DNA of 48,201 nucleotides from positions 1 to 48,201 of the forward strand of contig CALWYN010000005.1 in the NCBI GenBank assembly GCA_944385755.1, in the 5' to 3' direction. A program made the position numbers and the translations under genes. Source of the DNA: an uncultured Oscillospiraceae bacterium (lineage in GTDB: Bacteria > Bacillota > Clostridia > Oscillospirales > Oscillospiraceae). The notes under the pieces are model-generated. The model was not told the origin of the DNA, did not search any database, and worked only from the letters and a program-made list of their open reading frames with translations. This document shows positions 27,472-37,583 of the stretch, piece after piece (within the stretch, counting starts at the first letter, position 1; each line of letters begins with the position of its first letter).

Positions 27472-28521
27472 TCAGAGCTCAAGCTGTTCCTGTCCGCTGT
27501 ATTCCAGGCCCAGATGCTCGTAGGCCTTGCGTGTGACGCACCTTCCGCGCGGGGTACGCGTCAGAAATCCCTGCTGCAGCAGATATGGCTCGTATACATC
27601 CTCGAGCGTCACCGGTTCCTCATTTATGGTGGCCGCCAACGTCTCCAGACCCACAGGCCCGCCGCCGTAAAACTCGATAATGCTTTTCAACATCCTGCGG
27701 TCCACCGAGTCGAGCCCCTGCCTGTCAACCTCGAGGCGCAAAAGCGCCTCATTTGCCACCTGGCGCGTTATGACTCCGCCGGCCCGAACCTGCGCATAGT
27801 CGCGCACGCGGCGGAGCATACGGTTCGCTATGCGGGGTGTGCCGCGGGAGCGGGAGGCTATCTCCTCCGCCCCATCGGGCTCTATGGCGATGCCCAGAAT
27901 GCCGGCGCTGCGCGTGACAATCCTCCCAAGTTCTTCCGGGGTATAGAGCTCCAGACGCAGGGTGACGCCGAACCTGTCCCTCAGGGGAGCGGTGAGCTGG
28001 CCGGAGCGCGTGGTGGCCCCGATAAGTGTAAAGTGCGGAAGATCGAGCCTGATGGAGTTTGCCGACGGCCCCTTGCCGATGATTATATCTATGGCATAGT
28101 CCTCCATGGCCGGATAGAGTATCTCCTCAACGGCCCTGTCCAGCCTGTGTATCTCGTCTACAAACAGTATGTCGTTTTCCTGGAGGTTTGTGAGCAGGGC
28201 GGCGAGATCCCCGGCCTTCTCAATGGACGGGCCGGAGGTTATGCGCATGTTTACGCCCATCTCGTTCGCTATAACAGCCGCGAGCGTTGTCTTGCCGAGG
28301 CCCGGGGGGCCGTGGAGCAGCACGTGGTCCAGCGATTCGCCGCGCATCTTTGCCGCTTCTATGAATATTCTGAGATTGTCTTTCGCCTTTTCCTGCCCGA
28401 TGTATTCGTCGAGCGTCCGGGGACGGAGCGAGGCCTCACCCGAGTCCTCGGGCAGAATGGTGGAGGAGGTGATGATCTCATCGGCCGGCTCTCCCGAAAA
28501 GCTGATGCTCAATTGTCCCAC
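27472..28521 (-). CDS. ruvB: Holliday junction branch-migration helicase RuvB
   Basis: LRPxxLDEYIGQ, Walker [18 protein letters not shown] and the C-terminal winged helix. Confidence 0.97.
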   Translation of the reverse strand: MGQLSISFSGEPADEIITSSTILPEDSGEASLRPRTLDEYIGQEKAKDNLRIFIEAAKMRGESLDHVLLHGPPGLGKTTLAAVIANEMGVNMRITSGPSIEKAGDLAALLTNLQENDILFVDEIHRLDRAVEEILYPAMEDYAIDIIIGKGPSANSIRLDLPHFTLIGATTRSGQLTAPLRDRFGVTLRLELYTPEELGRIVTRSAGILGIAIEPDGAEEIASRSRGTPRIANRMLRRVRDYAQVRAGGVITRQVANEALLRLEVDRQGLDSVDRRMLKSIIEFYGGGPVGLETLAATINEEPVTLEDVYEPYLLQQGFLTRTPRGRCVTRKAYEHLGLEYSGQEQLEL

Positions 28522-28522
28522 C

Positions 28523-29125
28523 TCACTTCATCATTTTTTTAAGAGCGGCTTTAATTATATCTTCAACGCTCAGACTGTCCGTATCCAGACCTCTCAGCGC
28601 CGAGTTTATCTCGGCGGCGCCATAGCCGAGTACGCTGAGCGCAGCGGAGGCGTCCGCCAGCTTTCCGTCCCCCTGGGCATTTGCCGCGGAGGTGCCGGCA
28701 CCGGACAGGTCCATGGCAGAGCTCTCCTTTGTCATCTTGTCCTTGAGCTCGAGAATTACACGCTGCGCGATTTTCTTGCCTATGCCGGGGGCAACGGTCA
28801 AGGCGCGCTCATCACCGGAGATGACGGCCATTGCCAGCGCCTCGGGCGTTGAGGACGAGAGAATCGAGAGCGCGGCCTTGGGACCCACGCCGGAGACGCC
28901 GACAAGCATGTCGAAACAGCGTTTCTCCGCTCTTGCCGCGAAGCCGTAGAGCTCAAAACTGTCCTCCCGAATTACCTCGGTGACATACAGCTTGGCTCTC
29001 TCCCCGATTTTCAAACGGGAGATAGTGTTCAAACTGGCGTTGAGCAGATAGCCCACGCCGGAGCAGTCTATGACGGCAGCGTTCGGCTCGATATCCGTCA
29101 CCGTCCCAGCTATATGGTAGTACAT
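28523..29125 (-). CDS. ruvA: Holliday junction DNA-binding protein RuvA
   Basis: OB-fold N-terminus, tandem HhH ([29 protein letters not shown]) and C-terminal domain III. Confidence 0.95.
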   Translation of the reverse strand: MYYHIAGTVTDIEPNAAVIDCSGVGYLLNASLNTISRLKIGERAKLYVTEVIREDSFELYGFAARAEKRCFDMLVGVSGVGPKAALSILSSSTPEALAMAVISGDERALTVAPGIGKKIAQRVILELKDKMTKESSAMDLSGAGTSAANAQGDGKLADASAALSVLGYGAAEINSALRGLDTDSLSVEDIIKAALKKMMK

Positions 29126-29625
29126 TTATTCACCCCAGATTGCCTTCCCAGTAGCGATGTGGCGCTGCGCGCGTGGCACAGGGCTATGGCCACGGCGTCG
29201 GCCGCGTCGTCAGGTTTGGGGGCGGACTTCATATTGAGTATGCGCCTCACCATATCTATCACCTGCCGCTTCTCGGCCCTGCCGTAACCAACCACCGCCT
29301 GTTTTACCTGCAAAGGCGTATATTCATACAGCGGCACGCCTGCATGGTGGCAAGCCAGGAGAATGACTCCTCTCCCCTGCGCGACCGCAATGGCCGTGGT
29401 TATGTTTGTGTTAAAGAACAGCTCCTCCACAGCCGCAGCGTCCGGCTTAAACACATTGATAAGCTCGCCCATATCGCTGTATATGCGGTCGAGGCGCTCT
29501 GAGAGCGGCGTGCCTGCTGGTGTTGTGATTACCCCGCAGCGGACGAAGCTCTGCCTCGGTCCGTCCGAATCCACCACTCCGAAACCCACGGTAGCTATTC
29601 CCGGGTCTATGCCTAGAATACGCAA
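29110..29625 (-). CDS. ruvC: crossover junction endodeoxyribonuclease RuvC
   Basis: MRILGIDPG...E...D..DA catalytic tetrad context. The order ruvC-ruvA-ruvB. Confidence 0.93.
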   Translation of the reverse strand: MRILGIDPGIATVGFGVVDSDGPRQSFVRCGVITTPAGTPLSERLDRIYSDMGELINVFKPDAAAVEELFFNTNITTAIAVAQGRGVILLACHHAGVPLYEYTPLQVKQAVVGYGRAEKRQVIDMVRRILNMKSAPKPDDAADAVAIALCHARSATSLLGRQSGVNKCTTI

Positions 29626-29685
29626 AGAGCAACGCCTCCCTGAGCATATATTGTAGCACGCTGGGCGGCGGCGCGCAATATAAAG

Positions 29686-30414
29686 CTAAAGCCGCCGGAC
29701 AATTGCGCCCAGCTCCGCCCAGGACTCAACCAGCAGATGCTCGCAGCGCGGGGCGTGGCCGGCGGGTTTCTTATACGTGCATCTGAGCGGTGAGCGGTAC
29801 CACACTGGAAATATGCCGGCCGCAGCCGCCCCCTCGACATCGCACACCACGTCGTCGCCAATAAACCAGCAATCTTCCGCGTCCAGGGCGGCAAGCCCCA
29901 GGGCGCGCTCGAAAATGCGCCGGGACGGCTTCCTGAATACGCTCTCGCTGGAGGCCAGTATGAACTCAAAGCGGTGCTCCGGCAATATCTCCGCTATACG
30001 GCTGACCAGCGAGGCGCCGGAAAATGAGAGATTGCTTATGACGGCCGTACGTATTTCCATTTCAGCGCAGAGCGAGAGAAAGTCCCGGATCCCCTCCATG
30101 GGGAAGATGGGCTCCGTGGCTCTCCACCGCTCCAGCTCAACCTCGGGCAGAGGCCGGTCAAACTTCAGCGCGAGCCTGTCATATATGCACGCATCCAGCT
30201 TCAATCCGTCCGTCTCCAGATTGAGCGGACGGAGTTGGGAAAAGAGCTCTGTGTAAATTTCGGAGGACAGCTCGTTGAGACCTTCCGGCGTTATTCCCAT
30301 CGGATTTTCGACCGCCAGTTCCAGAGCCCTCCGGTGACCGCGCAGATAGTCCTGCTCCGGCTCCCAGGCCAGGGTGTGGCCGTAATCAAAAAGGATCATT
30401 TCAGGCTTTTTCAT
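29686..30414 (-). CDS. HAD-superfamily hydrolase
   Basis: Motif I in the form LFDYGHT (DxG rather than the canonical DxD), a later S/T motif, and motif IV GDDVVCD. Confidence 0.8.
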   Translation of the reverse strand: MKKPEMILFDYGHTLAWEPEQDYLRGHRRALELAVENPMGITPEGLNELSSEIYTELFSQLRPLNLETDGLKLDACIYDRLALKFDRPLPEVELERWRATEPIFPMEGIRDFLSLCAEMEIRTAVISNLSFSGASLVSRIAEILPEHRFEFILASSESVFRKPSRRIFERALGLAALDAEDCWFIGDDVVCDVEGAAAAGIFPVWYRSPLRCTYKKPAGHAPRCEHLLVESWAELGAIVRRL

Positions 30415-30784
30415 GTTCCCGCCTCCTCCAGCGATATTTTAATGCGTACCGAACAAAGCCCAGGCCTTGAAAGCCTTGGCCTTCAGGGCCAAATTGCTTG
30501 TTCAAGTGCAGGGTTTTTGAGCGAAATCGCTCAAAAACCTTGCACCATCCCCTTATGTGATGTGCAAAATCAGGGAATATACGCATTGAAACAATGACTG
30601 AGTTTCGTCAAAACAGCTCAAAATGCTGTTTTGATGAAATTGCACGGCAGCCGCCGCGCAAATAAACCACATCGCGGTTTATTCAGCAGACACTATTTTA
30701 ACATCCGGAGGCGCTGAACGCAATAGCCCGCCCAAAGCAAAAGGGACTGCCGCAGGCAATCCCTTTTGAAGTGAAATCCCGGTT

Positions 30785-32107
30785 TTACCCGTCCACTGAC
30801 GCGGGCGCGCTGGCGTTGGCGAAATCTAGCTCGGCGCCGTAAAATTCGTGGAGGGCTTCCAGGCCCGCAACCATATCAGAATAGACATCTTCGGTTATAA
30901 AATCCCAAGGCGTGCCGTTGTCATAGGAGTCAATTGCGGCGTGCAGGTCCACCATACGGTAGTGCCAGCCGTAATCATTGATGTCGTAGTCGTACAGATC
31001 GGCCATAAATATCGGCCGGTAAGTGACATCCTCTATCCAGGTCTCCCCCGTGTCCGTGTCTTTTGTGAGGCTTATATTGACTATGGCGGAGATGTCGGTG
31101 TACTGGTCGTTCTGGCAGGAAAGGAAATTGCCCAGCGAATAGCAGATAAAACCGGTGCGGCTGTTCCCATTCTCATCCGTGACCTCGCGCAGCTCCATCG
31201 GCTGGGGCACGCGGCACTTCCCGCCTATTATTATGTCGGCCCCGTTGGCGAAGAGAAAGTCGGCTATCTCGTATTGCCGGTCATTGGGCTGCGTGGCGAA
31301 CTCATCCCCCCAGGACATAAAGACAAACACTATGTCGGCCGAGGCGGAGGCCGCCTCCAAATCGGAGCGCATCAGCTCATAGTCGACTTCCACCCCGTCG
31401 CCGAGGTAGTCCTCCGTGCAGACGCTCACGGCGTATTCAAAACCCGCCACCGGTATGTCGTTGGTATCGCAGGTATAGGCCAGGAAAGCCACGGATATGC
31501 CGTTTACATCAACTACGGTGTAGTTTCCGGCGCTGCGCGACTCCTCGCTGCTGTAGGTACCCACGTGGTTCAGTCCGGCGTTATCCAGTGCTCCCAGGGT
31601 GGAGTCGATGCCGTCCTTATAGGAGTCGACCGCATGACTCGTCGCGGTGTTCACCAGATCGAAGCCCACGGAGGCTATGGAATCGGCCAGAGACAGCGGG
31701 GATTTGAACAGCGGGTAGGCCGTGTATGGTCCGGAACCCGAGAGAGTTGTTACCAGTGAGCAGACGGCGTAATCCGCCTGAGAGATGTAATCTCCGAGCA
31801 CTCCGAAAATGGGGATGTAATCGTAGCCGGACTCTGTCTGGGCCTCGGCATTCAGGCCGGTGTGCATAACGATATCGCCGCCAACGGCGAGAGTTGAGCT
31901 TATGGTATTCACATGCTCCGGAGTTGGCATGGCCGAGGGCGAGCCCGGCTCCTGTTCAGAGGGCTGCGGGCTCTCTTCAGACGGCGCCGGACTCTCTTGC
32001 GGCTCCTCCTGGCCTGAGCGGGCCACGGAGGCAATTATCACGGCCCCAAGTATCAGAACAACGACCGCGGCCAGAGCCACGAGTGCTATTTTAAGCTTTT
32101 TGTTCAT
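30785..32107 (-). CDS. CapA-family (PGA_cap metallophosphatase-like) membrane-anchored exoprotein
   Basis: N-terminal TM, a P/E/S-rich linker, then GGDIVMH...NTATSHAVD... typical of CapA/PgsA. ATG 32107 gives the MNKKLKIALVAL N-terminus. Confidence 0.82.
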   Translation of the reverse strand: MNKKLKIALVALAAVVVLILGAVIIASVARSGQEEPQESPAPSEESPQPSEQEPGSPSAMPTPEHVNTISSTLAVGGDIVMHTGLNAEAQTESGYDYIPIFGVLGDYISQADYAVCSLVTTLSGSGPYTAYPLFKSPLSLADSIASVGFDLVNTATSHAVDSYKDGIDSTLGALDNAGLNHVGTYSSEESRSAGNYTVVDVNGISVAFLAYTCDTNDIPVAGFEYAVSVCTEDYLGDGVEVDYELMRSDLEAASASADIVFVFMSWGDEFATQPNDRQYEIADFLFANGADIIIGGKCRVPQPMELREVTDENGNSRTGFICYSLGNFLSCQNDQYTDISAIVNISLTKDTDTGETWIEDVTYRPIFMADLYDYDINDYGWHYRMVDLHAAIDSYDNGTPWDFITEDVYSDMVAGLEALHEFYGAELDFANASAPASVDG

Positions 32108-32241
32108 GACAACGTTCCTTTGCGAAGATGATATCTGATGATAGCACACTTTATTGAAAAAAGCAAATACTACTGGTTACCGGCGCGGCAGCCACTGCCT
32201 GTGTGATTGAAATGCCGGCGGGCATGTGTTACAATTCAGGC

Positions 32242-33873
32242 ATGGATGCTTTGAGAAAAAATGAGATATACGATGTCGAAATCACCGGCTTTACATCCGA
32301 GGGCCTGGGCGTGTGCCGCATTGGGGGACGGGCGGTGTTTGTGCCGCGCGCCATTCGGGGCGAGCTTTGGCGTGTGCGCATCGTCAAGGTCACTTCCTCC
32401 GCGGTCTACGGACGCGGTGAGGAGCTTCTGAGGCCCTCTCCTTCACGCGTTGAACCGGAGTGTCCGAATTTCGGGCACTGCGGCGGCTGTGCGCTGATGC
32501 ATATGAGCTATCAGGCCGAGCTGGAGCTGAAGCTGGAGCGCGTAAACGAGGCCTTCAGGCGTATCGGCGGCCTCGACCTTAGAGCGGAAAGGATAATCCC
32601 CTCTGACAGCCCTCTCAGGTACAGGAACAAGGCTATCTTTGCCATAGCTGACGGCCCTGACGGGCCCGAATTTGGATTTTACCGCCGCGGAAGCCACGAG
32701 CTGGTGCCAACTGACACCTGCCTGCTTCAGAGTCTGGAGGCAGAGCAGTGCGCCCGGGCCGTCTGCGGCTTCATGCGCCGCGAGGGGCTGCAGGCCTATG
32801 ACCAGGATACCGGTGAGGGCAGCGTGAGGCACGTGTTCGTCCGCAGGGCCCGCGACGGGCGCGCGGTCTGCTGCGTGGTCTCGGCGTGCGGGCTGGGCGA
32901 CAGCACGGGCCGGCTGGCAGAGGACCTGCGCAGGGCCTGCCCCGCGCTCAGCGGAGTGGTGCTGAATATAAACCGCACGCGGGGCAATACAGTGCTTGCC
33001 GGGGATTTCTATACCCTTTGGGGTGAGGCAGAACTGAAAGACAGGCTCTACGGCTTTGAATTCAGGCTGTCTCCTCAGGCATTTTTCCAGATCAATCCTC
33101 CTCAGGCTGAGCGGCTCTATGATGTGGCGGTAAACTTCGCGGCTCCTGCCGGGACCGGTACGGTGCTGGACCTCTACTGCGGCGCGGGGACCATAAGCCT
33201 GTGCCTGGCGCGGACCGCCTCACGTGTAATCGGCGCCGAAATAGTCCCCGAAGCCGTCCGTAATGCCGGGGAAAACGCCGCGGCAAACGGAGTCCGCAAC
33301 GCGGAGTTTATCTGTGCGGACGCTGGAGAGGCAGCTGTGGAACTGGCCGGACGCGGCCTGAGACTAGAGGCCGTGACGGTGGACCCCCCAAGGAAAGGCA
33401 TGAGCAGGGACGCGGTTCTGGCATTGTGTTCGATGTGCCCGGAACGTGTGGCGTATGTGTCGTGCGACCCGGCGACTCTGGCCAGAGATTTGAAACTTTT
33501 CACACAGCAGGGCTATTTGCCGGTGTCAGCCACCGCGGTGGACATGTTCCCCAGAACAGCGCATGTTGAGACGGTAATGCTTTTGTGCCAACAAAAACCG
33601 GATGACCACATATATGTCGAGCTTGACTTGGATGAACTGGACGCTACGTCGGCTGAGACTAAGGCAACTTATCAGGAAATCAAAGAATACGTACTAAAAC
33701 ACAGAGGGCTTAATGTTTCCAACCTCTATATCTCACAGGTGAAGCGCAAGCTGGGTCTTGAAGTTGGCGAAAGCTACAACAAGCCCAAATCCCAGGATGC
33801 GAGAATCCCTGTCTGCCCTCCAAATAAGGAGTCGGCAATCATTGATGCGCTGAAGCACTTTAACATGGTATGA
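32242..33873 (+). CDS. rlmD: 23S rRNA (uracil-C5)-methyltransferase RlmD/RumA with a non-canonical C-terminal extension of about 100 aa
   Basis: TRAM domain, 4Fe-4S cysteines (CPNFGHCGGCALMH), SAM site (LDLYCGAGTISL), the Cys-containing motif YVSCDPATLARD, and VDMFPRTAHVETV, where the family normally ends. The extension and the last part of the domain are low-GC. The start (32203, 32224 or 32242) is uncertain. Confidence 0.85.
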   Translation: MDALRKNEIYDVEITGFTSEGLGVCRIGGRAVFVPRAIRGELWRVRIVKVTSSAVYGRGEELLRPSPSRVEPECPNFGHCGGCALMHMSYQAELELKLERVNEAFRRIGGLDLRAERIIPSDSPLRYRNKAIFAIADGPDGPEFGFYRRGSHELVPTDTCLLQSLEAEQCARAVCGFMRREGLQAYDQDTGEGSVRHVFVRRARDGRAVCCVVSACGLGDSTGRLAEDLRRACPALSGVVLNINRTRGNTVLAGDFYTLWGEAELKDRLYGFEFRLSPQAFFQINPPQAERLYDVAVNFAAPAGTGTVLDLYCGAGTISLCLARTASRVIGAEIVPEAVRNAGENAAANGVRNAEFICADAGEAAVELAGRGLRLEAVTVDPPRKGMSRDAVLALCSMCPERVAYVSCDPATLARDLKLFTQQGYLPVSATAVDMFPRTAHVETVMLLCQQKPDDHIYVELDLDELDATSAETKATYQEIKEYVLKHRGLNVSNLYISQVKRKLGLEVGESYNKPKSQDARIPVCPPNKESAIIDALKHFNMV

Positions 33874-33881
33874 CCGCAAGC

Positions 33882-33926
33882 ACAATGCCGCCGGGCCGTA
33901 GTAGTCCCGGCGGCATTGTCTTATTT
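33882..33926. terminator. bidirectional terminator between rlmD and the ABC exporter genes
   Basis: ACAATGCCGCCGGG (33882-33895) pairs with CCCGGCGGCATTGT (33906-33919), followed by CTTATTT. Confidence 0.7.
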
Positions 33927-33960
33927 GGAGCTTTCGTCGCTCTTATGCGGCTGCTATTAT

Positions 33961-35811
33961 TTACGACGCCCTGTCGAACTGGCTGTTGTACAGCTCGGCG
34001 TAGAAGCCGTTTTGTGCGAGCAATTGTCTGTGCGTGCCGCTCTCGATGATGTCGCCGTCTTTCAGTACCAGAATCATATCGGCGTTTTTTATTGTCGAAA
34101 GCCGGTGAGCAATTACGAAAGAGGTGCGCCCCTCGGTGAGCCGCGCCATGGCCTCCTGCACCAGCAGCTCGGTCTTTGTGTCTACGGAGCTGGTGGCCTC
34201 GTCGAGAATGAGCAGCGGCGCATTTTGAATCATGGCCCGGGCGATGGTGACAAGCTGGCGCTGGCCCGCGGAGAGGCTGGTCTGCTCGCCCAGCACCGTA
34301 TCATACCCCTGCGGCAGAGTGCGCACATAGTGCTCGAGGCCCACAGCCCGGCAGACCTCGTCGAGCTGTTCGTCGGTCACCCCCTCCTTAGAGTATGCTA
34401 TGTTCTCGCGCAGAGTGCCTTCAAAGAGCCATGTGTCCTGAAGCACCATGCAGAACTGTTCCCGCACATTCTCCCGCTTCAGCTCGCGGGTCGGGACTCC
34501 GTCTATCAGAATCTCCCCGCCGCTTGTCTCATAGAATCGCATGAGCAGGTTCACGATGGTGGTCTTGCCCGCGCCGGTGGGGCCGACTATGGCGACGGTC
34601 TGCCCGGCCTTGACTGTGGCGTTGAAGTCGTGAATGATGGTTTTGGACGCGTCGTAGCCGAAGGAGACGTGCCGGAACTCCACGTTGCCCTGCACCGATT
34701 GCAGATACCTCGTCTTTCCACCCTCGTCGGAGAGCTCCTTCTCCTCGAGGAACTCAAAGACCCGCTCGCTGGCGGCAAGAGTGGACTGCAGGCTCGTGAA
34801 CACCTGCGCGAGCTGGGAGAGCGGCTGGGTAAACAGGCGTATGTACAGCATGAAGGACACGATGACGCCGAAAGAAATCGTGCCGTTTGCCGCCAGCACC
34901 GCGCCCAGCACGCAGACCACCACATAGCCCAGATTGCCCACGAAGCTCATAAGCGGCATCATCAATCCAGAGAAAAACTGGCTCTTCCACGCGCTGTCGT
35001 AAAGGCGTCCGTTCACCTCGTCGAACACGCGCTCGGCCTCGGCCTCGCCGTTGTACGCTCTAACGACCTGCTGCCCGGCGTATATCTCCTCTATGTGTCC
35101 GTCGATAGCACCGAGGGCATTCTGTTGCTCGGTGAAATATTTCTGCGAGCGAGCCATGATAACGAGCATGAGGGCAAAGCCTATCAGCGACGCGGCCACG
35201 GCGGCGGCAGCCATGAGCGCGTTTGTGACGAACATCATGATGAGCGCGCCCAGCAGCAGAGTGACGGACGAGATAAGGCTTCCGACGCTGTTATTCATCA
35301 TCTGACCGATGGTGTCCACGTCGTTTGTGACACGGCTTAGCACATCGCCGAAGCTGGTGCGGTCAAAATAGCTCAGCGGCAGGCGGTTTATCTTCTGCGA
35401 GATGTCCGTGCGCAGGGACTTTGACACTCGCTGCGTGACCGTAGCCAAAATGAAGTTCTGAACGTAACCAAATACCCAGCTCAGAGCGTACAGCACGGCG
35501 AGTAGGACGCAAATGCGCACAACTGCATCCAGTGCCACGCTCCCCGTGAGGCCCTCTTCAATCAGGTCGGTGATTTCTGATATCCTTCCGGGGCCTATCA
35601 CGGAAAACACGGCGCTGACCGCGCCTAAAAGCAGCGCAATTACAATTGCCGGTAAATAGGGTCTGCAGTAGCCGACGAGCTTTTTCAGGGCCAGCCCGGA
35701 GTTTCTGGCTTTTTCGCCGCCCATCCCTCCGGGTCTGCCGGGAGGGCCTCCCGGCGGGCCGTTCCGGGCCTCTTTTTTAACGCTGCCAAATTCATATTCC
35801 TTTTCAGGCAT
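33961..35811 (-). CDS. ABC exporter, fused permease/ATPase (heterodimer partner 2)
   Basis: 6-TM exporter domain plus NBD with Walker A GPTGAGKTT, signature LSAGQRQ and Walker B LLILDEATS. N-terminal Gly/Pro-rich extension. An 8-nt overlap with the upstream partner. Confidence 0.93.
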   Translation of the reverse strand: MPEKEYEFGSVKKEARNGPPGGPPGRPGGMGGEKARNSGLALKKLVGYCRPYLPAIVIALLLGAVSAVFSVIGPGRISEITDLIEEGLTGSVALDAVVRICVLLAVLYALSWVFGYVQNFILATVTQRVSKSLRTDISQKINRLPLSYFDRTSFGDVLSRVTNDVDTIGQMMNNSVGSLISSVTLLLGALIMMFVTNALMAAAAVAASLIGFALMLVIMARSQKYFTEQQNALGAIDGHIEEIYAGQQVVRAYNGEAEAERVFDEVNGRLYDSAWKSQFFSGLMMPLMSFVGNLGYVVVCVLGAVLAANGTISFGVIVSFMLYIRLFTQPLSQLAQVFTSLQSTLAASERVFEFLEEKELSDEGGKTRYLQSVQGNVEFRHVSFGYDASKTIIHDFNATVKAGQTVAIVGPTGAGKTTIVNLLMRFYETSGGEILIDGVPTRELKRENVREQFCMVLQDTWLFEGTLRENIAYSKEGVTDEQLDEVCRAVGLEHYVRTLPQGYDTVLGEQTSLSAGQRQLVTIARAMIQNAPLLILDEATSSVDTKTELLVQEAMARLTEGRTSFVIAHRLSTIKNADMILVLKDGDIIESGTHRQLLAQNGFYAELYNSQFDRAS

Positions 35812-37567
35812 AGTTCAATTCCTCCTCCGAGAGCTGGGAACGGGCGATATCCCTGTACACGGTGCAACTCTTCATCAGCTCCGTATGTGTGCCTATCCCG
35901 GCGATTTCGCCGTTATCCAAAACGATGATTTTATCGGCGTTCCGTATGGTCCCGATGCGCTGGGCCACAATCAGCTTGGTCGCGTCGGACAGCTCTTCGT
36001 TGAGCGCTGTGCGCAGGGCGCGGTCGGTTTTGTAGTCGAGCGCGGAGAACGTGTCGTCAAAGATGTATATCTCGGCCCCACGGCATATCGCGCGGGCAAT
36101 GGACAGGCGCTGCTTCTGCCCGCCCGAGACGTTTGCGCCGCCCTGCGCGATGCGCGCGTTAAGTTTCCCGTCCATTTTCTCCACGAACTCGCTCGCCTGT
36201 GCCAGTGAAACCGCCCTTTTGACGGTGTCCTCGCCCGCGGGCGGCAGACCATTGTCGCCGTAGGCCACGTTGCTCTCCACGGTGCCGGAGAAGAGCACTG
36301 CCCGCTGGGACACATAGCCCAGCTTGTTGCGCAGGGCTTTCGCGGAATAGTCCCTGACATTTATGCCGTCAACCGTAATTTGCCCCTCTGTGGCGTCATA
36401 GAATCGCGGGATAAGGTTGACCAGCGTGCTCTTACCGCTGCCGGTGGAGCCGATAATAGCCACCGTCTCCCCGGCGTTGACAGTGAAGCTGATGTTTTCA
36501 AGCGCATAATTCGCCGCGCCGGGGTAGCGGAAGCTGACGTTGCGGAACTCGAGCGTGCCGCCGCTGCGGCGTTCGCAGTCCGAAACTGCGCCGTCCCGGA
36601 TGGCTACCTCGGTGTCCAGCACCTCGTTTATGCGATGCACGGACACCAGCACGCGTGGCAGCATGATGAACATCATGGTCAGCATGGTGAAGGCCATAAT
36701 TACCTGCATGGCATAGGACGAAAACACGACCATGTCGGAGAAAATACCCAGCCTCTCCGTCATCCCGGCGGCGTCTATGAGGTACGCGCCTATCCAGTAG
36801 ATTGCGAGGCTTATTCCCGAGGTCACAAATGTCATGGTGGGCATCAGCAGCGCCATCACACGGTTGGCAAACAGGTTGGTATCCGTCAGCTCGGCGTTGG
36901 CCTGCTCAAACTTTTCCTGCTGGTATTCCTCCGCGTTAAAGGCGCGGACGACTCGGATGCCCGTTAGGTTCTCCCGCGTAACGCGGTTGAGCCGGTCGGT
37001 GAGATTCTGAATCACCTGGAACTTGGGCAGCGCCAGTACGACGGCTATGACCAGAACCACGAGTATAATCAGCACGGCGCAGGCCGTCGCCACCGACCAC
37101 TGCCACTGCTTGCCCGCGATTTTCGCCACGGCCCAGACCAGCAGGATAGGGGCCTTGATAATGGCCTGCAGGCCCATGGCAATGAGCATCTGCACCTGTG
37201 TGATGTCGTTGGTTGTGCGCGTGATAAGGCTGGCGGTGGAAAAGCGCCCCATCTCCTCGTTGTTGAAAGTCATGACCTTTTTGAAAAGGCCGGCGCGCAG
37301 GGACTTGGACAGCCCGGCTGCCACTCTGGCGGCAAAATAGCCCGTTATCATGGAGGCCGCCATACTGCCTACGGCGCAGAGCAGCATATATCCGCCGTTG
37401 AGCAAAATCTCGCTCAGCTCAGAGCCGGGCGTCTCCACAAGGGCAGTGATAGCGGACATATAGTCCGGCATCTTCAAATCGAGCCACACCTGCGCGACCA
37501 CAAATACGAGGCTGCAAAGCACCATCGCGTACTCGCGCTTCGTCATTCTTTTCAGTAGTTTTATCAT
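35804..37567 (-). CDS. ABC exporter, fused permease/ATPase (heterodimer partner 1)
   Basis: 6-TM domain plus NBD with Walker A GSTGSGKST, signature VSGGQKQR and Walker B IYIFDDTFS. The arrangement resembles BmrCD/EfrCD-type heterodimers. Confidence 0.93.
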   Translation of the reverse strand: MIKLLKRMTKREYAMVLCSLVFVVAQVWLDLKMPDYMSAITALVETPGSELSEILLNGGYMLLCAVGSMAASMITGYFAARVAAGLSKSLRAGLFKKVMTFNNEEMGRFSTASLITRTTNDITQVQMLIAMGLQAIIKAPILLVWAVAKIAGKQWQWSVATACAVLIILVVLVIAVVLALPKFQVIQNLTDRLNRVTRENLTGIRVVRAFNAEEYQQEKFEQANAELTDTNLFANRVMALLMPTMTFVTSGISLAIYWIGAYLIDAAGMTERLGIFSDMVVFSSYAMQVIMAFTMLTMMFIMLPRVLVSVHRINEVLDTEVAIRDGAVSDCERRSGGTLEFRNVSFRYPGAANYALENISFTVNAGETVAIIGSTGSGKSTLVNLIPRFYDATEGQITVDGINVRDYSAKALRNKLGYVSQRAVLFSGTVESNVAYGDNGLPPAGEDTVKRAVSLAQASEFVEKMDGKLNARIAQGGANVSGGQKQRLSIARAICRGAEIYIFDDTFSALDYKTDRALRTALNEELSDATKLIVAQRIGTIRNADKIIVLDNGEIAGIGTHTELMKSCTVYRDIARSQLSEEELNYA

Positions 37568-37583
37568 CTTGCAACTCTCCAGT

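Noticed and set aside
30450-30463. Possible LexA (Cheo) box upstream of the HAD-ruvCAB operon, beginning CGAAC.
   Set aside because: Only the left half-site matches (CGAACAAAGCCCAG). The GTTCG half of CGAAC-N4-GTTCG is missing.
33588-33606. Similarity between CAACAAAAACCGGATG (in the rlmD tail) and CAAAACAACCCGGATG (43488-43504), considered as possible att-type direct repeats flanking the ABC/TCS block.
   Set aside because: Only about 14 of 19 positions match. The second copy is simply one arm of a terminator hairpin, so this is most likely coincidence.
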